A stretch of 32,000 nt of DNA from Opitutales bacterium (GCA_049606355.1 JBMYVL010000002.1:150001-182000); one strand, 5' to 3'; counted from the first letter of the stretch, positions 1 to 9,906 are shown. The notes: generated from the letters alone by a model not told the origin. Made by a program: numbers and translations.

Positions 1-1203
1 TACCTCATCCGAAATATTGCGCGCCTGATCGGAGTGCCCTTCGTGAAGGCAGATGCGACGAAATTTTCTGAAACCGGTTATGTCGGTTCCGACGTCGAAG
101 ATCTCGTGCGTGATCTCGTTAAGGTCGCGGGCGGTAATGTAAAGCTCGCCGAGTATGGCATCATTTTTGTCGATGAGATCGATAAAATTGCCAACGAACC
201 AGGCCTGGGGGGACGTGATGTATCCGGTCGTGGTGTGCAGATTAATTTACTCAAGCTGATGGAAGAGACGGAAGTGAATTTATTTAGTCCGACCGACATG
301 ATGGCGCAGATGCAAGCCGTCATGGAGATGCAACGAGGCGGACAACCGAAACCCAAATCAATCAATACCCGCAATATACTTTTTATCGTCAGTGGTGCAT
401 TTGATAAATTGGCAGAGTCCGTGAAGAAACGACTCACGAAGAGCGAAATGGGCTTTGGTGCCGCGGTACATGATGCCGAGGAGCAACCATCGCAATTCCT
501 TAACCTAGCGGAAACACAGGACTTCATTAAGTATGGCTTTGAGCCTGAGTTTATTGGTCGAGTGCCCATTCGCATCGCCTGTGAATCACTCAGCGCTGAG
601 GATCTAGCCCGCATTCTCACGACTTCCGAAGGAAGTATCCTCAATCAATATCGCGACGATTTCCTTGGCTACGGTATCGACTTCACAATTTCAGACGAAG
701 CTATCCATGCAATTGCACAGGCTGCCAGTAAAGAAGGTACGGGTGCGCGTGGGTTGATGACAGTCCTCGAGCGTCTATTCCGTGAATTTAAATTCGAGCT
801 ACCTTCAACTGCGATTAAGCGCTTCGCGGTCGACACAGAAACGGTAAACGCTCCGGAAAAGCAACTGGCCTCACTCATGGAGGAAAACGCTCACCTACAA
901 GAAGATGTCTGGATTGCAGACATCAAACGTTTCGCCGCACGGTTTGAGGCACAACATGGATTTACGCTAGAGTTCAAACCACTTGCTGAGTTGGCTTTGA
1001 TCCATGAAGCGCAACAAAGCGACCGCACCATACAATCGCTCTGCGAGGAAAAATTTAAAGACTTTGAACACGGTCTAAGCATTATTAATCGCAACACTGG
1101 GCAAACGGTTTTCAAAATTGGTAAGTTAACCATCCTTGATCCCGATACGGAGCTTTCGCGTTGGGTCGTGCGCAGCATCAAGACGAATCAAAACGCTGAA
1201 TAG
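1..1203 (+). CDS. ClpX-like AAA+ ATPase with the 5' end cut by the window edge. It carries a non-canonical C-terminal extension.
   Basis: Frame 1 is open from nt 1 ([22 protein letters not shown]...). It shows the ClpX pore-1 loop motif GYVG, Walker [11 protein letters not shown], sensor region [16 protein letters not shown], and EPEFIGRVP and GARGL motifs in ClpX-like order. It ends at TAG 1201-1203. Confidence 0.8.
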   Translation, partial: YLIRNIARLIGVPFVKADATKFSETGYVGSDVEDLVRDLVKVAGGNVKLAEYGIIFVDEIDKIANEPGLGGRDVSGRGVQINLLKLMEETEVNLFSPTDMMAQMQAVMEMQRGGQPKPKSINTRNILFIVSGAFDKLAESVKKRLTKSEMGFGAAVHDAEEQPSQFLNLAETQDFIKYGFEPEFIGRVPIRIACESLSAEDLARILTTSEGSILNQYRDDFLGYGIDFTISDEAIHAIAQAASKEGTGARGLMTVLERLFREFKFELPSTAIKRFAVDTETVNAPEKQLASLMEENAHLQEDVWIADIKRFAARFEAQHGFTLEFKPLAELALIHEAQQSDRTIQSLCEEKFKDFEHGLSIINRNTGQTVFKIGKLTILDPDTELSRWVVRSIKTNQNAE

Positions 1204-1279
1204 CTACAAATTGTATCGCACTGGACAGACTGCTGAACCATTCTCAGGATCTTAATGACTACTATCTAACGATTAAGCT

Positions 1280-1987
1280 GTGCCTAAAGGAAACGAAGTT
1301 AACACTATGTTCGCAGGTATTGCCGGGCGCTACGACGTTGCGAACCATCTACTGAGCGGGGGCATTGATTTTTATTGGCGAAGCCGTCTCGTCCAATTGG
1401 TAAAAGCGAAAGCGCCACAACGTGTCGTGGACCTCGCGACCGGCAGTGGTGATGTCGCATTCAAACTCCGCAGCCGTCTGGATCCGAAAGCATCGATTCA
1501 AGGCTTGGACTTCTGCGAACCGATGCTCGAGGAAGCGCGACTCAAACACGCGCGCAATAAGGCAGCCACCAATCTGGAGTTTTTACACGGTGATTGTATG
1601 GCGCTCCCCTTGCCCGATAACAGCGTGGATGTGGTGACTATCGCCTTTGGTGTACGCAACTTTGAGGATCGGCAGCAAGGATTGCGTGAAATTCACCGCA
1701 TCCTCAGGCCTGGCGGGCACTTATTTATACTGGAATTCTCCCAACCTGCTTCTTGGTTCCGCCCGATCTACTACGGCTACCTAAAATTCTTGCTGCCTTT
1801 CGTAGCTGCGATCGCCACGGGCGATAAAGGCGCCTATGACTATCTAGCTGGTAGCATTGAAAACTTCCCCACCCAAAATGCACTCAGCGAGCAAGTCTTA
1901 CTTGCAGGCTTCGACTGCGTCGAGTCTATGGGGCTCACGTTTTCCGTCGTCGCAATCCATACTGCGACGAAAGCAGCCAAGGATTAA
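1280..1987 (+). CDS. ubiE: Demethylmenaquinone/ubiquinone C-methyltransferase (UbiE/MenG family)
   Basis: The protein aligns by eye along its whole length with E. coli UbiE. Matching motifs are F..IA.RYDV.N, SAM motif [41 protein letters not shown] and YDYLAGSI. The start is uncertain: GTG 1280 or ATG 1307. Confidence 0.85.
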   Translation: MPKGNEVNTMFAGIAGRYDVANHLLSGGIDFYWRSRLVQLVKAKAPQRVVDLATGSGDVAFKLRSRLDPKASIQGLDFCEPMLEEARLKHARNKAATNLEFLHGDCMALPLPDNSVDVVTIAFGVRNFEDRQQGLREIHRILRPGGHLFILEFSQPASWFRPIYYGYLKFLLPFVAAIATGDKGAYDYLAGSIENFPTQNALSEQVLLAGFDCVESMGLTFSVVAIHTATKAAKD

Positions 1988-2448
1988 TAACCGTGCTTTT
2001 GCAGTACTTGCTGGAGTTGCGCCTGAAACGCTTGAACATCTTCAGGGCTTGGTCGGTAGTCAGGGTCATCCCCTGGCACTAAGCCCAGTTGTCCTGCAGC
2101 ACTCAATTGCCACGCCATTTGTTTGCCATCACTGAAATTTACTGTGCCACTGACCAGCGCACCGGGGGGCGTAACAGGATCGACCTCGACACGTACATCT
2201 CCCCCGACGACTTCAGGCTCCTCCACTACATCGCTATCTGAAGTGCTCTCATCACTTGTACTGGGTGACGATGGCTCTGGCTCAGGTTCAGAAAATACAA
2301 TGTCTAAGTCATCTACTAGAAAACGGACATCCATATAAGTGAGCGACAGCTGCATCTCATCGCGAAGTCGAGCCTGTATCGCGGCAATCGACTGTCCGTC
2401 CTTAACCCAATCAGCGATGGTAGCTTTTTGCGTAGCAGAAATATTCAT
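1984..2448 (-). CDS. Hypothetical 154-aa protein with a small N-terminal helical region, an acidic Ser/Glu/Pro linker and a C-terminal beta-rich region
   Basis: This is an intact ORF on the same strand as dnaA, 59 nt downstream of it. It contains the low-complexity linker [28 protein letters not shown] recognise no family. Its stop overlaps the convergent ubiE stop by 4 nt. Confidence 0.6.
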   Translation of the reverse strand: MNISATQKATIADWVKDGQSIAAIQARLRDEMQLSLTYMDVRFLVDDLDIVFSEPEPEPSSPSTSDESTSDSDVVEEPEVVGGDVRVEVDPVTPPGALVSGTVNFSDGKQMAWQLSAAGQLGLVPGDDPDYRPSPEDVQAFQAQLQQVLQKHGY

Positions 2449-2507
2449 AGCGTTAAGCTGCCGACCCGAGATAAGGCGTCAACCCTCAAGCATGAGCGAA
2501 GCGCGAA

Positions 2508-3920
2508 TTAAGCTCGATTGTGAGATAACTGCTTAATCAGATAATCTATCGAACGTTTAATCGTAGCATCCTGCTCCATCAAATTCTCAACCTGCTTACA
2601 GGCATGAATTACGGTACCATGATCACGACCCCCGAAAGCCTCTCCTATGGATTTAAGCGGGTCGCTGGTGAGGGTGCGACTGATGAACATAGCCACTTGA
2701 CGCGGGAATACAATCTTACTGGTGCGTCGGCGACCAATAAGCTCGCTGAAGCCGATCTGATAATAATCCGCTACCTTTTTCTGGATTTGCTCAACCGTAA
2801 CTTTACTAGCGGCTTCCTCGTGTAACAAATCGCTGAGCAAGCGTTCGACTGCACCTAGGTCTAATTGTCGATCGATTAAATTATTGTAACTCGCAATCCG
2901 AGTGAGTGCACCTTCCATACGACGTACGTTGCGGGACACGCGCTCTGCGAGGAATTCCATGACCTCATCACCCATCACGAGGCCGATCGCAGCAGCTTTC
3001 TTGCGCAGAATTGCGACGCGCGTTTCAAAGTCAGGTGCCTGTATATCGGTGACTAAGCCCCACTGGAACCGCGAAATAAGTCGATTCTCCAGGCGTTCAA
3101 TCTCGTTGGCGGGGCGATCACTGGCCAAGAATATTTGCCGCCCCGATTCGAATAAATCATTAAAGGTATGGAAGAACTCTTCCTGAGTACTTTCTTTGCC
3201 AGAGAGGAAATGGATGTCGTCAACCAGCAGCGCGTCCACCGTTCGGTAATATTTGCGGAACTTTGCCAACTTGTTTTCACGTATCGCATGAATGAATTCA
3301 TTCGTAAACTTCTCAGTCGAAACATAGGCGATACGTGCATCCGGATTGTTGACCAACATTTGATGCGCGACTGAATGCATGAGGTGAGTTTTACCCAACC
3401 CGGTTTCGCCATAAACAAACAGCGGATTGTAAGCGCGCCCCGGCGCATTTGCCACTGCGATGCTAGCCGCATGGGCCAGTTGATTCCCAGATCCAACAAC
3501 AAAATTCTGAAAAGTGTTACGTGGATTGATCAGTAATCGACCGGGTGTCTTGATTTCAGAACGTGATCTGCTTCGATTCGCAGCTCCCGGAATCTGTGTA
3601 CTTTGAGCGATACGATTATTTGCAACAACATCTGCTGGGTCCTCATCGCGTGGAGATGTGGTTGCGACATCCACTTCGATCGCAACTTTTATGGCCGAGC
3701 CAGTCTGCGCACGGGCTTGCTGCGTGATGATATCCAAATAGTTGTTTTCAATCCATATGGCGTTGAATTCATTTGGCGCCTGCAAGGTCAAGGTATCATC
3801 TGACTCACTGATGCAATCCAAACCCTCAAACCACATGTCGTAGAGGTCTTCCGGGAAAAGCATTTTTAGTTCGCGAGAGATGCCATCCCACAAGGTCAGG
3901 CTAGTTGATGGATTCGACAT
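2508..3920 (-). CDS. dnaA: Chromosomal replication initiator protein DnaA
   Basis: Motifs seen are AAA+ Walker [11 protein letters not shown], Walker [10 protein letters not shown], sensor and box VII regions, and the C-terminal DNA-binding signature [15 protein letters not shown]. The 470-aa length is typical. Confidence 0.97.
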   Translation of the reverse strand: MSNPSTSLTLWDGISRELKMLFPEDLYDMWFEGLDCISESDDTLTLQAPNEFNAIWIENNYLDIITQQARAQTGSAIKVAIEVDVATTSPRDEDPADVVANNRIAQSTQIPGAANRSRSRSEIKTPGRLLINPRNTFQNFVVGSGNQLAHAASIAVANAPGRAYNPLFVYGETGLGKTHLMHSVAHQMLVNNPDARIAYVSTEKFTNEFIHAIRENKLAKFRKYYRTVDALLVDDIHFLSGKESTQEEFFHTFNDLFESGRQIFLASDRPANEIERLENRLISRFQWGLVTDIQAPDFETRVAILRKKAAAIGLVMGDEVMEFLAERVSRNVRRMEGALTRIASYNNLIDRQLDLGAVERLLSDLLHEEAASKVTVEQIQKKVADYYQIGFSELIGRRRTSKIVFPRQVAMFISRTLTSDPLKSIGEAFGGRDHGTVIHACKQVENLMEQDATIKRSIDYLIKQLSHNRA

Positions 3921-4394
3921 GGATCTAGTGAGAGCTGTAATTGTTCACAGTGACCGTTACATAATTGTCGTATAAAAAGATACGTAAAAGACCGACCCAA
4001 GCTAAGCTGGAGGGAAAACAGACACAAGGCGCTGACCAGACCGGCCCTTTGCATCACAAATGATCTACTAGTACTTACTTATGAACAACTTAGGTAAACT
4101 GAGTGGTAAATTTTGAAAAGAGGACGAATGGTGATACAAGTGCTGAAAGGGCTAATTCTCAAAAGCGATTCAGCGCGTTGAGGATAAAAGTGGAAGCGAA
4201 GCGGTCTTTGCAAGGCCAACTTCTGCACAAGTTATTCACAATTCACGTGAAGAAGGTTTTTACAAGTTTTATACAAAACCTAGCGCCCGTTTAAACGCTT
4301 TCATTAGTGACTGAAAATGCGCAATTTCGATACTTTGAATGAGCTCGTTAAACCTCATCTTAATACCGTTATTAATGCGGGTGTATCCACGAAA
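3921..4394. promoter_or_regulatory. dnaA upstream region with clustered DnaA-box-like 9-mers. It is the dnaA promoter and autoregulatory region and a candidate oriC.
   Basis: TTATTCACA at 4232-4240 is a perfect match to TTATNCACA. One-mismatch boxes are TTCTGCACA (4221-4229), TTGTTCACA (3941-3949), TTATACAAA (4269-4277) and TGAGGATAA (4179-4187, reverse orientation). There is a degenerate GTATCCACG at 4382-4390 and an AT-rich stretch at 3961-3990. This 474-nt non-coding gap is the largest in the window. Confidence 0.5.
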
Positions 4395-5360
4395 TTATTT
4401 TCCATCGCTCATATGTTCAATGAGGCGATCGTTAAATTCCGCGGCTGAGTCGTGCCCCATCAATTTAAGGGCCTGAACCATTGCAGCTACTTCGGCCAAA
4501 CGAGCCATGTCGCGACCTGGGCGCACAGGGATTTCCATCATCGGCACCTTAATCCCTAGTATCTCCATGTGATTCTCTTCTAAGCCGGTACGCTCTTCAT
4601 GCATCCCAGCTGACCACGCCTTGAAATTAATCACCATATCGATTCGCTTGTTTAAGCGTAACGAGCGAATACCAAAAAGGTCAGCGATGTTAATGATGCC
4701 TAAGCCACGACATTCCATATAACCTCGGCTCAGTTCTGACGAAGTGCCGATTAACTCGCGATCACTCAAGCGTTTCACGTAAGTCAAATCATCCGCAACC
4801 AAGCTATGGCCTCGCTCGATCAGTGCGAGTGCACATTCACTCTTACCCACACCACTCTCTCCGCAGATCATTGTGCCGATGCCGCGAATATCAAGCAGCG
4901 TGCCGTGAATATGGGTGCGCGGCGCAAAGCGTTCCTCCAAAAGTAACGTGGCTTCGGTCGTAATGGTCTTTGATTTAAGCGGCGAACGAATCAAAGGTGT
5001 CGCAAACTTATCAGCTAAACGACGCATCGTTTTAGAAGGCGCTAGATTCCGAGAAATGAGAATGCACGGTACCTTGCGCTCCATTAACTGAGTTAATATG
5101 GCCGCTTCCTGCGCATCATCCAGATCGCGCAGATAGGCCATCTCACCGGCCCCGAAGAGTTGGATCCGCTTGCTCGCAAAGTATTTAAAATATCCCGCTA
5201 TCGCGAGCGCCGGACGGTTTAGGCTGCGCTCTCGGATCGTCTTATCCATGCCCTTCTCGCCAGCTACAAGCTCGAGTTCAAGCGGCTCACGGAAAGAATT
5301 GTAGAAATCAAGGACAGGGACAGCCTCAATAAATTGTGGTGGGTTTTTCTGCTTTGCCAT
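4395..5360 (-). CDS. hprK: HPr kinase/phosphorylase
   Basis: It has the P-loop [24 protein letters not shown] and the HprK signature region ...GLGIINI..LFG. The 321-aa length is typical. Confidence 0.93.
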   Translation of the reverse strand: MAKQKNPPQFIEAVPVLDFYNSFREPLELELVAGEKGMDKTIRERSLNRPALAIAGYFKYFASKRIQLFGAGEMAYLRDLDDAQEAAILTQLMERKVPCILISRNLAPSKTMRRLADKFATPLIRSPLKSKTITTEATLLLEERFAPRTHIHGTLLDIRGIGTMICGESGVGKSECALALIERGHSLVADDLTYVKRLSDRELIGTSSELSRGYMECRGLGIINIADLFGIRSLRLNKRIDMVINFKAWSAGMHEERTGLEENHMEILGIKVPMMEIPVRPGRDMARLAEVAAMVQALKLMGHDSAAEFNDRLIEHMSDGK

Positions 5361-5377
5361 GGGGTAAGGGGTCGCAC

Positions 5378-6118
5378 TTAGAGGTTAAAATCTTCTCCCA
5401 AATAAAACTCACGGCTTTTCGGGTCGTTAATCAAAAAGTCACTTGGGCCTTCACTCAGCACTGAACCTTCATGCAGTAAGTATGCACGGTCCACAATTCG
5501 CAAGGTTTCGCGCACATTGTGGTCAGTAATCAGAACTCCGATCCCACGCTTTTTGAGTTGTAGGATGATTTTTTGAACTTCACTAACGCTGATTGGATCC
5601 ACGCCGCTGAAAGGTTCATCCATGAGTAGAAACTTAGGCTTACAAACCAGCGCACGAGATATTTCTAGCCGACGACGCTCACCGCCGCTCAAAGTATACG
5701 CCTTTTGCTTCGCCAAGCGCTCGAGCCCTAATTCCACTAAATGATCCTGCACACATGCTTCACGTTGAGATCTGCTAAGTGGCAGTGTTTCGGCAACGGC
5801 GCGGATATTCTGTTCTACGGTCATCTTACGAAATACCGATGCTTCCTGAGGCAAGTAGCCAATCCCCATGCGTGCACGCCGGTACATCGGTAGAGGCGTC
5901 AAGTTCTCCTGGTTTAAATAAACTTCACCTTCAGTCGCTGGAATCAAGCCTACGACCATGTAAAATGTGGTGGTCTTGCCGGCACCATTCGGCCCAAGTA
6001 GACCAACGACTTCGCCTGCGCTAATGTTAATATTAACGTCATCGACCACCCGCCGAGAGCCGTATTCACGAACAAGTCCGCGAGTTTCAATGCGCGGGCG
6101 CTCTTGAGAATCATCCAT
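5378..6118 (-). CDS. lptB: LPS export ABC transporter ATP-binding protein LptB
   Basis: The protein is near-colinear with E. coli LptB. Matching motifs are [55 protein letters not shown] and [10 protein letters not shown], plus the C-terminal YLGEDFNL. Confidence 0.95.
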   Translation of the reverse strand: MDDSQERPRIETRGLVREYGSRRVVDDVNINISAGEVVGLLGPNGAGKTTTFYMVVGLIPATEGEVYLNQENLTPLPMYRRARMGIGYLPQEASVFRKMTVEQNIRAVAETLPLSRSQREACVQDHLVELGLERLAKQKAYTLSGGERRRLEISRALVCKPKFLLMDEPFSGVDPISVSEVQKIILQLKKRGIGVLITDHNVRETLRIVDRAYLLHEGSVLSEGPSDFLINDPKSREFYLGEDFNL

Positions 6119-6168
6119 AAGTTGCGTATCAAAAGTGATCGATTCGTCTTCCGCAACCCATTCCTTTG

Positions 6169-8046
6169 CTAATTGCTCGGATCAGCAAGTTCGGGCAAGG
6201 TGACTCTGGCGCGTCGCCCCTCGCCCGCTTCGACAATGGCTCGACGCTGCCCCTGACTCACTGTGACGCGATGGCCGGAGACACGGCCGCTGTCATCGAC
6301 CACCACTGCATCTCCTTCTAGAGTTAATCGCCCCAATGCAGGCACGATGGTTGCTGCGTTGGCCGTAGCAAGTCGTCCTTCCTGCTCAATACGTACGGTA
6401 TCAAAGGCTTCGATACGACGTACTTCGAACTGCTCCATCAAAGATGCATCGCCCGCATTGGCATTATTGTTTTCAGTGAATACATCCATGCGCTGGCAAC
6501 TGGCTTCTAAATTTGTTGCGCTCACTGCAACTGATTTATCGAATTTGAAAATGGTGAGGTCTCCGGCTTCGCTCATGTGCAATGATTCACTACGTACCAG
6601 CGTAGGCCTTTGTTCGTTCGCTGCGAGTCGTTCGGTTGGTTGTTGCGGATCCACAGCAACCGATGGATAACCAAGGTTTGGCAGTGTCGGTAAAGTGACT
6701 TCAACAAGTTGATCCTCTTCCGGCCCTCCACGTACGATAGCCTCGCCCTCTAATAGCTCCATTTGTGCGCCTCTTAACTGCACCTCTTGACGATTAATGA
6801 TTGGATTACCAAAGAGTTTGGCTCGACCTGTTTGCGGATAAAAAAACGCCTCGTCGCTCGTCGCTCTTTGCCCGTTTCGATCAATTTGCACATCGCCCTT
6901 CGCTATGAGTTGCTGCACGGCACCTACTTGCATTGACCGTGCATCATCTGAACCCACATCAACCGCATGCCTTGAGGTAACCGTCATGGAGTCTGACTTT
7001 AACTGCAGCGGTCCCGACTGTACATCAACCGAGCCCGTGAAAGCGAAGTGGTGATGATCTGTGACTTGCTCCATTCGAATGTGGTCCGCATGTACTGTAG
7101 TATCCTCGCCCATACTGGATGCTCCTTGGATCCCTAACCCGCCCACTTGCTTGATCCGCATCTTCGCTCGACCAAACTCATCAGAGCCAGAAAGTTCCAT
7201 TACGCCGTGCTTCGAGCGTATCGAAGCTCCAGTTAAGTACGCGCCCTCCACCTCCACAACAGCTTCACCTTCAAAATGAGCGAGCCCTTCACGAGGATCG
7301 AATTCTGCACGGTTCGCACGAACGGTTCGCCCGGAATGCATTAGGGAAACAGCCTCGCGAGCGTGAATCTTACGCAAAGAGTCAACTCCAACCGCAGAAG
7401 GTGCTTTGATATCTTGATGTTGTGTTGCGCCACTAGGCGTAGCTGCTTGAGCGTGTAAGGCACCAGCAGTTAAATACATATTTGCTGATTGAACGACAAC
7501 ATCTCCCTCGAAATTGAAATGATAGGCTTCCTCTGTGGTGCGTAGGCGCAAGCATTGACTCCGAATATCAGTGCTGGGTTGATCCACTGACAGTGGATTC
7601 ATTCCGGTCATACTTTCGACGATCGATTCCTTAAATTCGACGCGTGTATCTGCGAGTATGACAATTTCCTTGAGCTTACCATCCCAGGTCCAGCCCTTGC
7701 CTGTGATGTGGAAGTTACCCCCGACGATCTGAATCGATTGATCTGACTCAGCTTGGTTTGCATCGAGACGCAGTGTTGCCGATGGACTATTCAGTGTCAT
7801 TTCCACGGCCATACGTTCATCGCCGGTGTAAAGGCGTAGGAGCATTTCTTCGACACGTATCTGCTTTGCACTATCGTAAATGCCCTCCTTGCCGCGCAGT
7901 ACCCATTGTGTGTATCCATTTTCACCGAATTGCGGGAAACGAAAATCCTTAACCGGGGCCGACGGAACGATACTGTTCAACTGCGCCTCAAGATGAGTCG
8001 CAGCAATAAGGCTAAGCAGTAAGCTTAAGAATGAACGATAGAACAT
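6169..8046 (-). CDS. Secreted or membrane-anchored OstA-like protein, a putative tandem LptC/LptA-type beta-jellyroll fusion
   Basis: It has the N-terminal hydrophobic signal MFYRSFLSLLLSLIAATHLEAQ. There are several repeated segments of the type 'I.a..l.......a.F.G.V.v......l.a....' (for example IRSQCLRLRTTEEAYHFNFEGDVVVQ, HADHIRMEQVTDHHHFAFTGSVDVQ, VRSESLHMSEAGDLTIFKFDKSVAVS, IEAFDTVRIEQEGRLATANAATI). It lies immediately upstream of lptB on the same strand. The function is inferred from this pattern and the context. Confidence 0.6.
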   Translation of the reverse strand: MFYRSFLSLLLSLIAATHLEAQLNSIVPSAPVKDFRFPQFGENGYTQWVLRGKEGIYDSAKQIRVEEMLLRLYTGDERMAVEMTLNSPSATLRLDANQAESDQSIQIVGGNFHITGKGWTWDGKLKEIVILADTRVEFKESIVESMTGMNPLSVDQPSTDIRSQCLRLRTTEEAYHFNFEGDVVVQSANMYLTAGALHAQAATPSGATQHQDIKAPSAVGVDSLRKIHAREAVSLMHSGRTVRANRAEFDPREGLAHFEGEAVVEVEGAYLTGASIRSKHGVMELSGSDEFGRAKMRIKQVGGLGIQGASSMGEDTTVHADHIRMEQVTDHHHFAFTGSVDVQSGPLQLKSDSMTVTSRHAVDVGSDDARSMQVGAVQQLIAKGDVQIDRNGQRATSDEAFFYPQTGRAKLFGNPIINRQEVQLRGAQMELLEGEAIVRGGPEEDQLVEVTLPTLPNLGYPSVAVDPQQPTERLAANEQRPTLVRSESLHMSEAGDLTIFKFDKSVAVSATNLEASCQRMDVFTENNNANAGDASLMEQFEVRRIEAFDTVRIEQEGRLATANAATIVPALGRLTLEGDAVVVDDSGRVSGHRVTVSQGQRRAIVEAGEGRRARVTLPELADPSN

Positions 8047-8052
8047 AATCAG

Positions 8053-8083
8053 ATATAAAGAAACCTAGAGTCGCCTCTAGGTT
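8053..8083 (-). terminator. Candidate intrinsic terminator after aspS
   Basis: There is a perfect 9-bp inverted repeat, aacctagag (8062-8070) and ctctaggtt (8075-8083), with a 4-nt loop. On the minus strand it is followed by TCTTTATAT. It lies about 30 nt past the aspS stop. The stem has only 4 GC pairs, so it is weak. Confidence 0.4.
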
Positions 8084-8112
8084 CCAGTCGAAAATAGCTA
8101 CACGTAACAGTG

Positions 8113-9906
8113 TTATGGCGCCTCTTTTTTGGGCTGCACTGCTTTTATATAGAGATCCTTGAGTTGTTTGTCCGTGGCAATGCCTGGACTCGCAGTCATC
8201 ATCTCTTGCCCGCGCTGATTTTTAGGGAAGGCGATGACATCACGGATACTACTGCGTTGTGCAAGAATTGTGACCATGCGATCCAGGCCGAAGGCAATAC
8301 CACCATGTGGCGGTGCGCCGTATTCAAATGCCTTCAACATATATCCGAAACGGCTTTCAACGACATCCGGTTCGATTTGGAGCACATCCTCAAAAACCTT
8401 TTTCTGCACGTCCGGCTGGTGAATACGGATGGAGCCACCGCCCAACTCAACGCCATTGAGCACAAGGTCATAATGCTGCCCTCGGACCTTCTTTGGATCA
8501 CTATCTAATAGTGGTATATCTTCTTCGACGGGTGCAGTAAATGGATGGTGTGAAGCTGCAAAGCGTCCTTGCTCTTCATCGAAAAGCATGAGGGGGAATT
8601 CAATAACCCAAAGGAACTTATAATCGGCAGGATCAATGGTTAACTTGCCGCGCTTGACTAACAACTGTGCGGCTTCCAAACGAACACGACCCAATATGGT
8701 GCAGGCTCGCTCCCATTCGGTGGCTGCGAAGAAGACAATATCACCATCCTCGACCTGTAATTGCTCTTGAATCGCAGCCTTCTCTGCTTCGGAAAAGAAT
8801 TTAAGGATCGGTGACTTCCATTCACCACCTTCAGATTTTATAAATGCGAGACCCTTGGCTCCCAGCGACTTAGCAGCATCTTCTAGGCTGCGTAATTCAC
8901 CCTGTGTTAAATCGGCGAGTCCCTTGGCATTGAAGGCCTTGACTGCTCCGCCTGACGCGATCGCGCCGGAAAACACTTTAAACGTCGAATCCTTAAAAAT
9001 CTCACCGCAGTCCTGCAGTTCCATCTCAAACCGCATGTCGGGCTTATCAACGCCAAATCGATTCATGGCATCATAATAACTCATGCGCAAGAAAGGGGCC
9101 TTGATCTCAACATTTAGAACATCCTTCCAGACGCGTTGCATAAGCCCCTCGATGAGCGCATACATTTCTTCGCGGTCGACAAAGGATAGCTCGATATCCA
9201 GCTGCGTGAATTCAGGCTGTCGGTCCGCACGCAGATCTTCGTCACGAAAACAGCGTGCTAATTGGTAGTAGCGCTCTAAGCCAGCGACCATCAACATTTG
9301 CTTATACTGCTGTGGCGATTGCGGCAGCGCATAAAATGCACCGGGATTCATACGACTCGGAACTAAGAATTCGCGCGCGCCCTCAGGTGTACTCTTAAAG
9401 AGCATCGGCGTCTCCACCTCAATGAAGGTGTTGTCGTCCATGTAACTGCGAATCGCTTTACAGGTCTTGTGACGCAGTCGAAGAATATCAATGTTGGAGC
9501 TACGCCGCAAATCGAGATAGCGATACGTCATGCGTAAATCCTCACTCGTTTTGTCCGCCGAATCATCCATCGGAAACGGCGGGGTCTTGGAAACATTATG
9601 GATCTTTAACTGAGTCGCATGCACTTCTACCTCACCCGTGGCTAGGTTTGGATTCACTGCCTCAGCGATACGCGCCTCGACACGGCCGCTTACTGCAATG
9701 ACCGACTCCGGTTTAATTGAGCCAAACTTAGCCTCCAATTCTGTATTTTCAGGATCGAAAACAATTTGCGTAAGCCCCTCACGATCACGCAGATCGACAA
9801 AGAGAATTCCTCCGTGGTCGCGTACGGAATCCACCCAACCCGCAAGGGTAACTGTAGATCCTGCATCGGATTGACGAAGTTGAGAACAGTGATGCGTGCG
9901 CTTCAT
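8113..9906 (-). CDS. aspS: Aspartate--tRNA ligase (bacterial type)
   Basis: It has an N-terminal OB fold (V.LAGWV...RDHGG.LF.DLRD..G..Q), class II motifs (FRDEDLRADRQPEFTQLD, GGGSIRIH, PPHGGIAFGLDR) and a GAD-like insertion. I placed the start at ATG 9906 (MKRTHHC...). The 21-codon upstream extension to 9969 overlaps the divergent gene and looks non-coding. Confidence 0.95.
   Translation of the reverse strand: MKRTHHCSQLRQSDAGSTVTLAGWVDSVRDHGGILFVDLRDREGLTQIVFDPENTELEAKFGSIKPESVIAVSGRVEARIAEAVNPNLATGEVEVHATQLKIHNVSKTPPFPMDDSADKTSEDLRMTYRYLDLRRSSNIDILRLRHKTCKAIRSYMDDNTFIEVETPMLFKSTPEGAREFLVPSRMNPGAFYALPQSPQQYKQMLMVAGLERYYQLARCFRDEDLRADRQPEFTQLDIELSFVDREEMYALIEGLMQRVWKDVLNVEIKAPFLRMSYYDAMNRFGVDKPDMRFEMELQDCGEIFKDSTFKVFSGAIASGGAVKAFNAKGLADLTQGELRSLEDAAKSLGAKGLAFIKSEGGEWKSPILKFFSEAEKAAIQEQLQVEDGDIVFFAATEWERACTILGRVRLEAAQLLVKRGKLTIDPADYKFLWVIEFPLMLFDEEQGRFAASHHPFTAPVEEDIPLLDSDPKKVRGQHYDLVLNGVELGGGSIRIHQPDVQKKVFEDVLQIEPDVVESRFGYMLKAFEYGAPPHGGIAFGLDRMVTILAQRSSIRDVIAFPKNQRGQEMMTASPGIATDKQLKDLYIKAVQPKKEAP

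Noticed and set aside
78-644. Long antisense or shadow ORFs inside real genes. Examples are 78-644(-), 3053-3502(-), 6263-6670(+), 8110-8508(+), 11135-11389(+), 13308-13640(-), 27502-27864(+), 27845-28357(+), 28264-28545(+) and 29280-29576(+).
   Set aside because: Each lies entirely within a longer ORF that has a strong family signature. Their translations are Ser/Arg/Pro-rich, as is typical of out-of-frame or antisense reading of coding DNA, and none shows a recognisable motif.
2339-2536. A 65-aa plus-strand ORF spanning the dnaA/154-aa-gene junction.
   Set aside because: It overlaps the ends of two minus-strand genes, has a Cys/Ser-rich composition typical of antisense translation, and shows no motif.
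4103-4294. A 63-aa plus-strand ORF in the dnaA-hprK intergenic region.
   Set aside because: It starts at GTG with no convincing RBS and has a Lys/Arg-rich, low-information composition. It is laid directly over the DnaA-box cluster, so the region is better explained as regulatory DNA.
4321-4394. AT-only hairpins (for example ttaata-ccgt-tattaa) after the hprK stop, considered as a terminator.
   Set aside because: The stems consist only of A-T pairs and are not followed by a clear U-tract, so they are too weak to call.
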